64,000 nucleotides of DNA from positions 8,990,001 through 9,054,000 of the forward strand of contig NC_087437.1 in assembly GCF_036321535.1 (NCBI RefSeq), written 5' to 3'. A model generated the notes under the pieces. It did not search any database and had not been told where the DNA came from. It was given only the letters and a program-made list of their open reading frames with translations. Below are positions 48,297 to 61,507 of this stretch, piece by piece. The translations under genes were made by a program, and so were the position numbers. Each line of letters begins with the position of its first letter. The stretch's first letter is position 1. The stretch comes from Camelus dromedarius (lineage: Eukaryota).

Positions 48297-49977
48297 AATT
48301 AATGGGCCTAGAAGAGTAAAGAACAGTGATCTGTGGAGAACATTACTTTGTTAATAGTTCACAACATAGAGTTGGGCAGGTAACGTGGGCCCGTTCACAG
48401 GGAGGCAAAAATGGATTCTTATGGGGCTGAATGCTTAAAAATGATTATTTGGGGAAGAATTACTTCAGAATTTCTTTGAAATTACTTTTAACCTATAAAA
48501 ACATATTTGTCTTATGGGTTCTCTCTGTACTTTTTGAGGTTGAAATGTGTGGAACGTTCTCCAAATTTGTCCTGAAAAGTCACCCAAATTCTGATCTTCT
48601 GGGACTAATGCTGCTGTCCTTTCTTTACCTTTCTCCACCCCTACTTTCATTCCGGGGATGGTTTCCTCTCACGGAGGCTGTAGCCCATGGAGATAAAATT
48701 TGGCTGGATCCTGCCCCTGGACTGAAAATTCACTGTTTCTCTTCCATTTCCAGTGCTCGAGGCTGCCTCAAGCACAAGCAAGATGAGAAGTCATATTTGA
48801 ATTAAAGCCAGATGTAAATCTCAAGAAAAATGCGTTATTCCCTGTGATTAAAGCTCTGCTTCCAGAGGACCTCAGTGTGAATGCAGCCCTGTTCCTTCAT
48901 TCAGTGAACATTTCTGGAATGGTTCTCTGAGCCTCGCGCTATCCTGGAAGAGCTAAAGCACAAACCCACTGGCAACTAACAGTGCCAAACACCTAGTTTT
49001 TTCCCCTGAGCGTATCCATCACAGCAGCACACAGTCAAGCACTGGCTTCAGAGAACAGCACTTGAGATCTGTAGGTGTGATTTATGAATGGTCGATAGAG
49101 GTCTTCTGCCGAGATGCGGTAAGCCAGGAAGGAAAGAGCGGATTGGTGGATGTGGTCTTCCAGGATGGAACTCAGGGTATTTGGGGCAGTAGAAAAGTGA
49201 CGACTAAAGAAAATTATTCCTAGTTGTGTGTTTGACCTCGGGCTGAATCTCTTCCCTGGACCATGAGGGAATGTGGTACATTCTTTTGCACATCTCGGTT
49301 AGGCCCTGCTGCAGAGGGTGCACACATGCATCCTGAACATCCCAGAAGACTTTATCTGCCAGAAGAACCTGTGAATGTTACATTTTTAGAGATTAAGGGG
49401 TCCTCAAATTACATGCAGCTGGCAGGAAGTTGGGAGGACGGTTTCTGCACACGGTCAGGACAGTCTACCCTTGCCTGGGAGAACAAAACACGCAAGGGAG
49501 AGGATGGGAAGAGGGAGAGGAAAAACTTTCCTTCCTTCTAGATTTTCATTGCCAAAAGGGGAATATCAAAATAATTTCAGCAGGCTGATGAAGGATGAAA
49601 TATTCCAGACAGGGAGCTGCACAGCTCAAAGAGAGCTGATTTTGTAGTTTTCTGCCAATTTTTTGTCTTGCACACCTCTCCCCCACGGAAATGCTTAAGT
49701 CTTAGTCACATACTGGATGAATAAAAAAAATACATAGTCTGCTGTTCAGAGCTAGGATTGTGGTCATCTTCTGCTTTGGGAGACAGTCAAAGACTAATTA
49801 AGCATTTATTTCTCCCTACCAAGTTTGACAATCTTGGAAATTTGATTTGGTGGCAGCAAAAAGGGAGATCTGCCAATGGTGGCTCTTGGATAGAAGGGGC
49901 TGTTTTCAAGGCTAGAACCTTACGAAGTTAGGCATCTGGTGTTATTTGTCCTAGCACTGCTTCCTGTATCTCCGACA

Positions 49978-50165
49978 TCAGTGCTGTTAAAATCTGGCTA
50001 ATGATCAGATTCACGGGGGGATCATTTTTCTTAAAATGTGTGTGTGTGTGTTCTCAACCTCAACTGTACATTTTGTAAATAAAAGCTTCTCAGGGTGGCT
50101 ATCAATAACCTACATTAAAAAAATATTACCCAAATATTTCTAATGATCATCCAAGTTTTGCATCC
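49978..50165. mobile_element. MER5-like hAT MITE remnant
   Basis: cagtgctgttaaaatctggc...atcagattcac...cttaaaatg; degenerate. Confidence 0.4.
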
Positions 50166-50306
50166 ATAATCTGAGACAATAATGAGACTTTAACTGGAGG
50201 GGTCATCTACTCAAGGGTAGAGCCGTGGGAACGGAAACGCTTTCATGTTGTTCTATGCATACCAGGAAGGTTCTAGAGTAGATGAGAAAGTCCTCTATTA
50301 TTTTCT

Positions 50307-50644
50307 TTCTTTTTTTATTGACCTTTTTATTTTTCAATGTATTTATATACATATTTTTTATTGAAATATAGTCAATTTACAATGCTGTATCAATTTCTGG
50401 TGCACGGCACAATACGTTAGTCATATAGGAACATACGTATATTCATTTTCATATTCTTTTTCGCCATAAGTTACTACAACATATTGAATATAGTTCCCTG
50501 TGCTCTACAGTATAAACTTGTTGTTTATTTATTTTATGTATATTAGTTAGTATCTGCAAATCTCTACCTCCCAATTTATCCCTTCCCACCCCATTCCCCC
50601 ACTGGTAACCGTAAGTTTGTTTTCTATGTCTGTGAGTCTGTTTC
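50307..50644 (-). mobile_element. 5'-truncated L1 3'UTR
   Basis: Antisense L1 3' end; TSD tcctctattattttct (50291-50306) / tcctctgttattttct (50645-50660). Confidence 0.9.
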
Positions 50645-50824
50645 TCCTCTGTTATTTTCTTAAGAGTGCCAATAATCCAACCATGCCTCTCTTGAAAGAA
50701 CCACTGGTCATTGCTTTGGTGATACCTAGTACTCTCGTGAAACCATTTTCCACCAGAAACACTGCAATTGGCTGAGCGTTGTATACACAGATGAAAATGT
50801 CCCTTGATTACTATTCTTAACATA

Positions 50825-51321
50825 TTTTTGCAGTTTTATTGAGAAATAATTGCCGTCTATTATTGTATAGTTTAAGGTGTAATATATAATGGTTCAATTT
50901 ACATATGTTGTGAAATGATGACCACAATAGGTTTTAGGTAACATTCATCATCTCATATAGATACTATATTAATGGTTTTCCTATATGTCACACAGCAGTG
51001 GTAACTATATTCAACATCGTCTATTATATATCCCCAGTACTTATCTTATAATGGGAAGTTTGTACCTTTTAACCAATTTCCTTCAAGTCCCTCTTGCCCC
51101 AAACCCTGCCTCAAATCTGATCTCTTTTTCTATGAGTTTGATGTGGCGCTTTTGTTTGTTATTTTAGATTCCATGTATAGGAGAGATCACACAGTATTTG
51201 TCTTTCCCTGTGACCAGTTTCACTTGGCATGTTGCCTTCAAGGTCCATCCATGTTGTCACAAATGGTAGAATTTCTTTATTTTTTATGGCTGAATAATAT
51301 CCCATTGTATATATGTGGATA

Positions 51322-51366
<45 letters not shown>

Positions 51367-52365
51367 AAGTATATATGTATGTGTGTATATTTGTATGTAT
51401 GTGTAAGCATATATGATGTGTGCGTGTATATATATGTATATATATCACAACTTCTTTATTCATGCATTCATCAGCGGACACTTAGGTTGTTTCTCTGTCT
51501 TGCTTAGTGTAAATAAAGCTATTATAAACATGAGGGTGCATATCTTTTTAAGACAGTATTTTTGTTCCATTTGGACATATTCTTAGAAGAGGAATTGTGA
51601 AATCATATGGTCATTCTATTTTTAATTTTTTAAGGAACCCCATACTATTTTCCACAGCGGCTGCACCAACTTACCTTCCCACCAACAGCATACGAGTGCT
51701 CCCCTTTCTCTACTTCTGTGCCAGTATTTGTCCTCTCTTGCCATTTTGATGATGGTCTGTCTAACATGTCTGAGGGGCTCCCTTACTGTGGGTTAAATCT
51801 GCATTCCCTAATAACAGTGACATTGAGCATCTTTTCATGTACCTTTTTATCTTTTGTGTATCTTCTTTGGAAAAATATATATTCAGGTCCTCTGTCCATT
51901 TTGTAATTGGATTATTTGGTTTTTTTTTTTTTTTTGCTATTGAGTTGTATGAGCTTTTTATTTATATATTTACATGTCTTTATTTATATATAAATTTTAT
52001 ACATTTATTTAAATATTTATATATTTATTTATGTATTTCGGATACAAACCCTTTATCTGATAGAGGGTTTGCAAATATTTTTTTTCCAGTCCATAGGCTT
52101 TCTTTTCACTTTGTTGATGGTTTCTTTTGATGTACAGAAGCTTTTTAATTTGATGCCATCCCACTATTTTATTTTTGAACTTCTTGCTTGTGCTTTAGGT
52201 GTGATTTCCATAAAATCATTACCAAGACCCATGTCAAGGAGTTTTTTTCCCTAAGTTTTTAATCTAGGAGTTTCCTACATTTAAGTCTTTAACCCACTTT
52301 GAGTTAATTTTTGCGAGTGCTATACAATAGAGGTCAAGATTCATTCTTTACACATGAGTATCTTC
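50825..52365 (-). mobile_element. L1 3' region (ORF2 end + 3'UTR) with internal TG/TA microsatellite
   Basis: Minus ORF YYSAIKNKEILPFVTTWMDLE; same 3'UTR type as the 34352 and 63991 copies. Confidence 0.9.
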
Positions 52366-54669
52366 AGGAGAAAGGGCAGTTTTTGTTCTTAGTGATTCCA
52401 AGTCAAAGTGGTGGGAGAAAATAGGAAAGGTTACTTTGGAGATCAGAGCCAGATATTTAAGGAAACTAGAATTCAAGGTCCAGCCCAGTTCACAGGTAGA
52501 AAACAAAACTTCCAAGATAGTTAATAGTACTAGAACCTGATATCCACAAAGGTGCACACGTAATTTTTCTCTCAAAAAGAAACTCCCCATTTCTACCAAA
52601 GGTAACCACAGTAAAACTAGTTTGCAAATTATGTCTGGTTTCAATAAACTTGACCTGACTATTTACATAAGTCCAACAAAAATAGCGACCAACCATACAG
52701 GCTCTTTTAAATCTGCTTTGCTGGAACTTTTTATAAAGAATCTCAGATCGAACTTTTAAAAGTGCTCAAAGCTAGGAAGACAAGCCAAGGCTCACCATCT
52801 GATTTTGCCTACAATACCTATGGATTTGGGTGAATTCCTCTTTTCTTGAGGTCCACAAAATGTCCCAAGGTTCCTGGGCCTGCCAGCAAGTGACCTTCCT
52901 TATTCAACTGGTAAGTTTTCTGGGAACCCTGTAAGCGAGATAGGCTGTTTTCCAAGGGGCTTTATTTCTCCATAAAGTCAACCTAAGCTCCTTAGAGCTC
53001 TGGGCATACCTGAGTCCACACACATCATTCTCAAATACAACGTTCCAGTCAAAGCCTTGCAAATATAACCAGTGGTTCCAGTTCTGTCCTGTTACAAGAA
53101 GACAGATTCTTATTGGACTAATGCAAATAACTATATTGTCATAAAAATAAGAATGCTCACTAAGAGTTTCTAAATTGTGGAGGGATCAGGTAGGGAGAAG
53201 AACTAAATGTTTTATCTTAGTTCACAGAGGTAAACTTTACCAAACTGCTGTAAGTTATAGCTTAACAGAAAGTTCCCTTAAATCTGGAAAAACAGAATAT
53301 TAAAGAGCAACCAATAGATTAACGTCATAAGCATTACAGTCATCCTCGTCAGTTCGTTCAATCTGATGTAATTAATTCTTGTTGATTTTGGTCTTTTGTT
53401 AGCAGTTTTATGAATCCAGGTTTTTTCATTACAGCCCTATGAATTTCTTACCCAGCTCAATTTAACAATCTTATTTTCAGGAGCCTTTACTTGAGTACTT
53501 GTCAGAGTCCTTTCATGAATGTCTCTGAAGATGAAAACTTTTTGCCAAAGGATCTGAATAAAACAAAAACTGCCTATAAATGACAAGAAACACTTAAAAT
53601 GCACATAGTTAAAATCTGATTAGTTAATTACAATGTAATTGACAAAGAAATTTGCTTATTTCTGTGACACACATTTCAAGATAATAAACAGAATTATGAC
53701 TGATAACATTATACCAGGACATATCTGTATTTTAGGTATTCCATACAATTTCTGGAACATGTAATACATACCAATAAAAACACAACATAATGAAGGCTTA
53801 GTGTTACTTCTCATCTGATAATGATTTCTGTATAATTTAATGTAGTAAATAAGCCTAATTAGTTAATATCTCTTTTTCAATAAGGAGAGAGAACAACTCT
53901 TTTGAGATGTTCTAGGCGTCCTCTGGAAAAATCCCCAAATTGATTCAATTCAATAAGACTTTATTTAAAATTATATTTTGGAAATTTGTCAAAAATATCA
54001 ACAATTTTGGGCACGTGATTAAAAAGGATCACAGATCATTATAAAATACTATTTAATGACAATAAGTTTTCAAAGGAATATACAGAACGTTACACAGTAG
54101 TGAGCAAAATCCAGCTCTTAGTATTGACTCAGTTTCCTTAAGTAATCAAAGCTCTGATAGTAAAGACGACACAAGGCACAGGAAATAATTTTGATAAAAC
54201 AAAAATTTTTTGCTTTCTAGATAGATCAATGAAAAGGTAAAGAAAAACCTTTTACAAGCTCTTTTCAAGAGCAGAGCAATAGTCCAAGAAAACTTTGTTA
54301 CTTTGGCATAAAAAGATCCAGTTTTAGTTTTACGTAAGTATGATATTGATATCAAAGCTTATTCTAAAAGCTTATAGTAAATTCATTCATGTTTAGCCAA
54401 CTTGGTCACACAGGTAAGACTCTTTCTCTCTCTCTCTCCACCTACATTTCTATTTAGTTTGTCGTTTGTTCCCCCCTTTCTCATTCTGAAATAACTAGTT
54501 TTTTTATAGGACAAAATTACTTTCTTTTCTCTTAATGAAAATACGTTTCCGGATCTCATATGTTTTCTTTCCCGAAAACATATCTTACTCTCCTTGCGTA
54601 CAGGGATGCTTCACTCATTATTGCTAGCAGTTTTAATTACATATATTAATTAAAATTACTAGCCCTTAA

Positions 54670-54872
54670 GCGAAATAGATGAAGGAGATTAAGAGGTACA
54701 AACTACAAGTTATAAAGTAAGTAAGTCACAAGGATGTAATGTACACTGCAGGGAACATAATAAATAATAATATAATCATTTTTATTGTATGTAATCTGTA
54801 AAAATATCAAATCACTACATAGTACACCTGAAACTGATATAATATTTTAAGTAAACTACACTTCAATAATAA
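54670..54872 (+). mobile_element. Short L1 3'UTR nested in the ERV internal region
   Basis: gattaagaggtacaaactac...tacacctgaaactgatataata...cttcaataa; TSD-like aaaattactagcccttaa / aaaatattaacccttaa. Confidence 0.8.
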
Positions 54873-54929
54873 AAAATATTAACCCTTAAAACCTTGATTT
54901 TTAGTGAAAGCTAAGAAACAATTATATAC

Positions 54930-55200
54930 TTTTTTTTAATTGCGTTTTTTTTTAAATTGAAGTATAGTCCATTTACAATGTGGTGTTAATTTCTGGTGCA
55001 TTCATTTCATGGTGATTCATTTATATCTCTTTTCATATTATTTTCCATTATAGGCCATTGCTAGATATTAAATGTTGTTCCCTGTGGTATGCAGTATAAA
55101 CTTGTTTATCTATTTCATATATAGTAGTTATTATCTACAAATCCCCAAATCCCAATTTATCCCTCCCACCCCCTTTCCTTCCTGGTAACCACAAGTTTGT
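54930..55200 (-). mobile_element. Short L1 3'UTR nested in the ERV internal region
   Basis: Poly(T), attgaagtatagtccatttacaatg...cccaatttatccctcccaccc...ggtaaccacaagtttgt. Confidence 0.85.
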
Positions 55201-57550
55201 TTACACCAGCATTTTTTTTATTAACATACTTATAAATACATTTCACGATTTCTAGAAACACATGCTTCTTCCCAGTACAATCTTTCAGTGTGGCACAGGA
55301 TATGTTTAGTAACAAACCCAAATGTTCTTAGTTACTCTGTAATAAAAAGCCAAAAGTAGATAAACCTATATTCAGTAATGAATGTTTTATTATTTTATCT
55401 TACTTGGAAATGATCTGGATAACCAATGAATTTCTGTCACTTAGCAAAACTCTGAAGTTTCAAGTTCTCACAGCTATTTGGAAACCTGTTTTTAAGTAGA
55501 TGTACCATAAAACATAATCCTTGCTGCAAAGTTCACATACAAACTCTTATTCTGCATACATCTATCTAAATCACCTGCTTCCAACAAGTATATTTAAACT
55601 ACTCATAAAAACTTTATCAGATATGAGACAAAGTCAGCAGCATCCTAAGCTATTTTTCTCGCTGACAAATTTTATAACAGAGATAACATGAATTTATCTG
55701 ACTGTAAAACCAGACCGAACAGAAGTTATGTGTCAGTGTTATATTTAATGCGGATAATGCTGAAGATATGCCTGCTGTAATTAAACTAACAAATTTAAGC
55801 TTTATTTATCAAAGATCATCTCAGATCACATTAACTTGACAAATATTTGGGTAATTTTCTCTATTTCTGAGCTTGGAAATAATTTGATAAGCACTTATTC
55901 TTCAGCCAATTAAATAGTGCTATGTTACAAATTAATTTTGGCAACACCATCCAGAAATAAAACAAAGGTCATATGTACATAACATACAAATATAGACACA
56001 CACAATCATGCAGATGGATGCAAATAAAAACCTTATAGCTATCATCCCAATGTTCTAGCCATGAATCGGGTACAATAATACAAAAATATCAAGTTTATAA
56101 ACAATACAGCCAAATAGTTTTTCTGGCATTTTACCCACACAGATGGCCAAAGTTTTTTCTTAATGATTGTTGAGAAAACACAGGATTTTTTTTATTAGCC
56201 CAATTTCCAAAAACCTCTTTTATTCTTCCCTCATGAGAATCATTTCCCTTAAGTTTACATTTTTTAAAAAAGTGGCTCTGAGGTCCAAGAGAAGATGGGG
56301 TAGAAAATCTACATCACACAGTCACAAGAAAAGTATCCACATTTTCTCCTAGCAATATTTGGGGTATATTTGCCAATCATCAAAAGTCTAGAATAATTAC
56401 TATTTAAATGTTTCCTTCCCTTTCTTCTGTACAAAATAATCCTGTTTCCAATGTCCTGATAATTGGCAATATCTACCAGCATTGAAAGGAACAGGAACGG
56501 GTTTGGGTCGGTAAAATTATAGGTGGGTTTGAATCACTTCTGCAGCCACATTTCTGATTTTGTAAAGATTTGTAAGAAAGCACAGTTGCTTTTAATTCCT
56601 CAGATAATTGGATGGCAGCCTGAGTGATATCAAGGGACCGACTTGCCCTTCCAACTAAATGAAGATAATGGTCTTCAACTTGTTTCTTTATATCAAGGAG
56701 AAGACTTTCAACTAAAATGGAAATCAGAAGATTCCTATGTTGTAGAGCGTCAGGGTTTAATGAGGCGTGACTTTATAATGTCTGTATGAAGCATTTAACA
56801 GAGACCTTTGAATGGCCTCCTCTTTCTGAATGTGCAGTTCAACCTGGGACCAAGTAGTCCTTCGATCAGCCTGAACATTGGCCGTCAGGTGACTCATTTT
56901 CTGACCATTTGTAGGAGGGCCTGGGAAAGACTAGAGTCATCTGTTTCCTCTTTGAGGGAGGTCCCCTGGGGGACTTTGTCTGATAACTATAGTACAGTCA
57001 TGGGTGGGAACACCACGCCTTCGCAGCCAGCCCAGGGCCCTGTAAGTGGGGGCCCCTGTGAATTGTGAACAGACACTGGTGTTCTAACTCTTCTCTACAT
57101 TTAGCGAATATCCTGGAGGCAAAGAAAGCCTTTCTGGTTTCATCTTGTTAAGTCCCTAAGGCTAGCTGCCACAGTCCTTTGCGTCTTTTCAATTTAATCT
57201 TTCCACAGGTACCAATAAGATAGTTGTTCAGGATGAGCGTTCTCTAATTTTTTTTTTCAAATATAGAATTATTTCCAATTCAAAAGATCCATCATCTGGC
57301 CATAGATGGGTAGGATCTTATAGGAACCTTAGTAGTGACTGAAGCCAATAAGACTTTTTTATGGCTTAACCATGGATGCAATTGGCATCCCAAAAGATGC
57401 AGCCCTCACAAGACTCAGAAAGTTCAGAATTTCAAATACTAAAAAAAAAAAAAAAAAAAAATCAGTCCATAGAAGGAACCTCATCACTGAAAAAGATATG
57501 ACTAAGGAGCAAGTATATAAAGGAAAAAGAGGATGACTGTTCATAAGAAC

Positions 57551-57680
57551 CATATCTGTACATCTATTTGTTTTCATATTCTTTTTTATTAAAGGTCATT
57601 ACATTTGTACTGAACACCAGAAACTGACACATCGTAACTGACTGTACTTTAATAAAAAAAAAATACAAATTAAAAAAATT
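57551..57680. mobile_element. Very short L1 3' insertion with inverted 5' part
   Basis: 57551-57603 is antisense L1 3'UTR (tttcatattcttttttattaaaggtcattaca); 57609-57660 is sense L1 terminus (acaccagaaactgacaca...poly A). Confidence 0.6.
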
Positions 57681-57713
57681 CATAGATACCTTCAAATTCT
57701 TAAAAGTTGAAAG

Positions 57714-58199
57714 TGTTGACTGAAATAAATGCACAGCCTAAAAGTTGAGAGTTATGTTTTATTGGGGGACATTTCTGAGGACTCGAGCTGAGATGACAGC
57801 CTGTCAGATCACTCTGAGGGACTGCTCCAAAGAGGTAGGGGAGGAGCTAGGATATATAGGAGCTTTACGACAAAGACCAGGTAGTTGGAATATTAAAAGA
57901 TTATTTGTTAACTGAAGAAGAACAGGCATCTCAAGTTAAAGAATTTAGTGCTTTTCTATGTATGGGAGGAAGCAAACATTTGGGCTCATTGAATTCATTC
58001 CTCTGACAAGCACCTAGCTATCTAGGGCCAGTATCCTGTCCTTTCTTATTCTGAGTCCCCTCAGGGTGCACCACTGTGAGTGGCTGCAGAGGCCTGGCTT
58101 CAGGCCTGTCCTCACTTGGGGGTGGCGGCAGCCGCTGCTGACTTGATGGCTTCAGCATTCTTTGTTTACTGATATGGTTTGCAGTATTTTTCATTCACA
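57714..58199 (-). mobile_element. Solo LTR (ERV1-type)
   Basis: tgttgac...ttcaca termini; near-TSD aaag/aaac; minus-strand aataaa (ttttatt ~57757); related partial copy at 15714-16002. Confidence 0.8.
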
Positions 58200-61100
58200 A
58201 AACCATCTGTAATTTCTTTAATCTCCCCCACAAATAAATAAAAAGGCAAAATCTCATTGAAACATAATTACTGTAAATATGAAAACAGAAGATGCTATTT
58301 TATTATGGTAAAATATTTATTATTATGCTATTTATCTCAACCAATGAAAGAACACGAACAGATAAGTGTTTAAGTACTAGTAACATTGTAGAAAAAATGG
58401 AAAATTGGATGATAAAGGAACAGATCAAACAACTAAACATTTTTATCTGTTAATTAAATAAAGATTCAGGTAACAATGATAATATCGTTAACATTAGCTT
58501 GTAGGTGGTAATAGGAATTATGCATTAAAAATTGGAATGACCTTTTTCTTATGATACATACAGCATACAGCTCTTTTTTCTTAAGCAATCTGACAATAGT
58601 AAGTATTATAAAAATGTTTCTATCTTCTAGTCCTGTAGTAAAACTTCTGGACTCCCTTCTAAGACGATAATTCATAATATAGAAAAATATCAATACACAA
58701 AAACTTGATTACAGTGTTGTAACAGTAAAATTGAAAACAATATAAATGTTTAATTATGGGGGAATAATTAATTAATTATGGTGCCATCATCTATTGGGAC
58801 ATAATATAGAGATTAATATCATGACAACATAGATATGTAATTCAGGAATATCAAACTTTTAGACTAGAAGTAAAAAAGAGGGAAACTTTAACATGTGATC
58901 TTATTGCCATTTATATTAAGCATTTCCATGTGACAAAATATTGGGGAAAATCATTTTAAACTGGTATCTTTTTGGTGGGGAGACATTCAGATGAGCTTGG
59001 ATATTTTTGTTTCTGTCACTGTGTTATACATTTTCTGTACAGTGATTATACTCATGTTATCTTTCTTTTTAAAATCATAATTCAGACACAAACATAAATT
59101 ATTTTACTTCAACACGTATTTCTTTAACAGTTCATTAATGTCCAGCTGTTTTAATTGAGTGCCATATTTGTGAAAATTATGTACAAATAATTATCTCATT
59201 TTCAGTGAAAAACATTTCTATGATCTATGTCTACCTTTTAGTACACAGGACCATAATCAAGCTACTTAAAAAGAAGCAAAAAATAAGTTGAAAAGTCTAA
59301 CTGCAGATAAAGTATAAATGGAAAACTGGTAGAGTGTTTCAAACAATTAAATCATGCATTCAAAAAGTTAATGAAAAATATACTGGATGATCAACTGCAT
59401 AGATAGCAAAGGTAATTTCCCTCATGCCTGCAAACCTGAATTTATTTCAATCTATTTTTTGGAAAGTTTGTGTTGTAAGCATAACTAACCCACCTCACTT
59501 GGGGTGATGGCGGTCCCTGTGTGGGCAACATTTGTAGGCAATTAATGCAAAAGAGATAAAGTCTGGGCCAAGGTCAGAAATACATGAATCTTTAGAGTGC
59601 AACTTAGCTGTAAGCAGCTGAGGAATTAATTATACCTGAGTTTGAGAAAGCGAAGGTCAATCACTATTTCAGTTACTTAACCTCAGAGAATTATCTCTGC
59701 CTCAGATAATTCTGGAAACTCATTAAAAGACCTGGTGGATTAGTCTCTTCTCTGAAACTTAGGCTGGAAATTATGGGCTAACAAGCAGGAGCTGTGACAC
59801 GGCAAACCCTAATTAAAGGAATTGTTTCTATGATGGGAACTACAGAACTGATTTTGAAGCTGCTTGGTCTTGTTGGACACAAGGATGTGAAGGGTTTTTT
59901 CCCCTCTCCTAACTGGGGAACTAGCAGATCATATTCTGGGAAGCTTTCAATGTATCTAACAGGAGTGGATGCCAGGATCAAAACTGTCCTTTTGTGAAAT
60001 CAATGAGCTTAAAAGGAAATGAAATATATAGAGCTTCTTATTATGGGCACTATATTAAATGGAAACCTCAATATAATTTTATGCACACATGTATATTTGG
60101 TTAAACAGGGGTTCTTAATAATCCCCACTCAAGAGTAGACCAATGATCCATGAAATCTAGGATTAAACTCATTTCTTCACACAGAAATACAACCAAGGTC
60201 CACAAAGAATCACTGGTCTAGGCCGACTAGAAAAATCGGGCATCTCCTGTAAAACACAGTTCAGTTCTGAATTAGAGTGACCACAGTGGAAAGGTTTTAA
60301 AAGGATGAATATAAGGCATATTAAAAAAGTTAGATGTCTTCTCCAAAATTTATATTATTTGGAGGTCAACTGCAGAAAAAGTCTCCTGATGACAGATATT
60401 CTGAGCCTAGTTGACATTGGATGTTACCTCTTTCGGTCTCAATGACTGCTCAGTGTCTTTTCACTTTACAGTTTCAGAAACTCATTTTCCTGTCTCCAGT
60501 CTTCTCTCTTGGCTTCCAACTATGTGGACACTGATATTAGATTAATCGTCTTTAGGAACTACAGCGACATGTCATGTTGGGTGCATTCCATACTTGTTCA
60601 AGATTTCATTGTTTATTGTCAGAAACGACCAAATATATCTTGTCGGCCATATTCTCCTATGACTTTCTTACCTCTTTTACCTGCACCTTATACCTAGCAA
60701 GGGGAACATGGAGAAATACTCACCTCTGCAGGAGATTTGAGAAACCCCAGGCGCCGATGTTTTCTGCCAGAAATTGAGAGGCATCTGCCACCTATTCTTG
60801 AAGCAATGCAGACCTGGAAGACTCTAGCTTCTGCCAAATAGGCGTGGATTCCTCAACATGTGAGTGTCCGTCCCCCTTGACACCTGACTGTGCACCAGTT
60901 TTCCATCACTCATTATAATCACAGTGCTCTACGTTGCCAACTCCTTGGATTGGAAGGTTGGACGTGGTGAGCTGTGAGGAGGGTTAACGGAGAAATGACT
61001 CAGGATCCAATCTTAACGCTGGGAGGAATGCAATCTTGCTTTTCAAGCAGAGCAGCTCCAGCTTTGAGGAAAGTCATCTCTCAGTAAATGGCAGGTGGCC

Positions 61101-61284
61101 CTCTAAGGCAGCGTCCCCTTGCCTGCTGGTGCTCCCTTTCACGTGTGTGGAGACCCTAGAGACAGACCCTGTCTCTAGATCTCAGCTCTACAGATTGTGG
61201 AGGGCAGGTGCCTCCCCTGTAGAAGGCTGAACATCATTCACAGACACAGATTAGACCTCACTCAAAGAGTAGGTGAGCTTCTTC

Positions 61285-61485
61285 CCCTGTGAAGAAAAAC
61301 TCCAGAATTCCCCATAAACTGTCTTCACCAAAATTATTCCTGCGGGAGCTTCCAGATTGGTGAACATGTGGAAATCAGGGGAGACTGGCCTTCTTGGAGA
61401 GGGCACAGAGGCTCCGTGTCTTTCCCACATCCCTTGCCCTGTGCATCTCCTCCATAGATGGAACTAAATAAACTGGAGGTCTAGC
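61285..61485 (+). mobile_element. MER21-like LTR fragment
   Basis: gagcttccagattggtgaaca...ccttgccctgtgcatctc resembles 7245-7365. Confidence 0.55.
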
Positions 61486-61507
61486 TGCTAAATAAAAATG
61501 TCATGTA

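Larger units (their letters stand above)
52370..57440 (-). mobile_element. Non-autonomous ERV1 (MER4-group-like) internal region, AT-rich and non-coding
   Basis: ccaaggttcctgggcctgccag...gaccttcctta...tgggaaccctgtaag phrases; gag matrix-like WPDDGSF on the minus strand at 57282-57302; no pol motifs seen. Confidence 0.65.

Noticed and set aside
57714..58199. LTR as the 5' LTR of the 52370-57440 internal region
   Set aside because: No PBS, unrelated intervening sequence, and its own near-TSD suggest an independent solo LTR.
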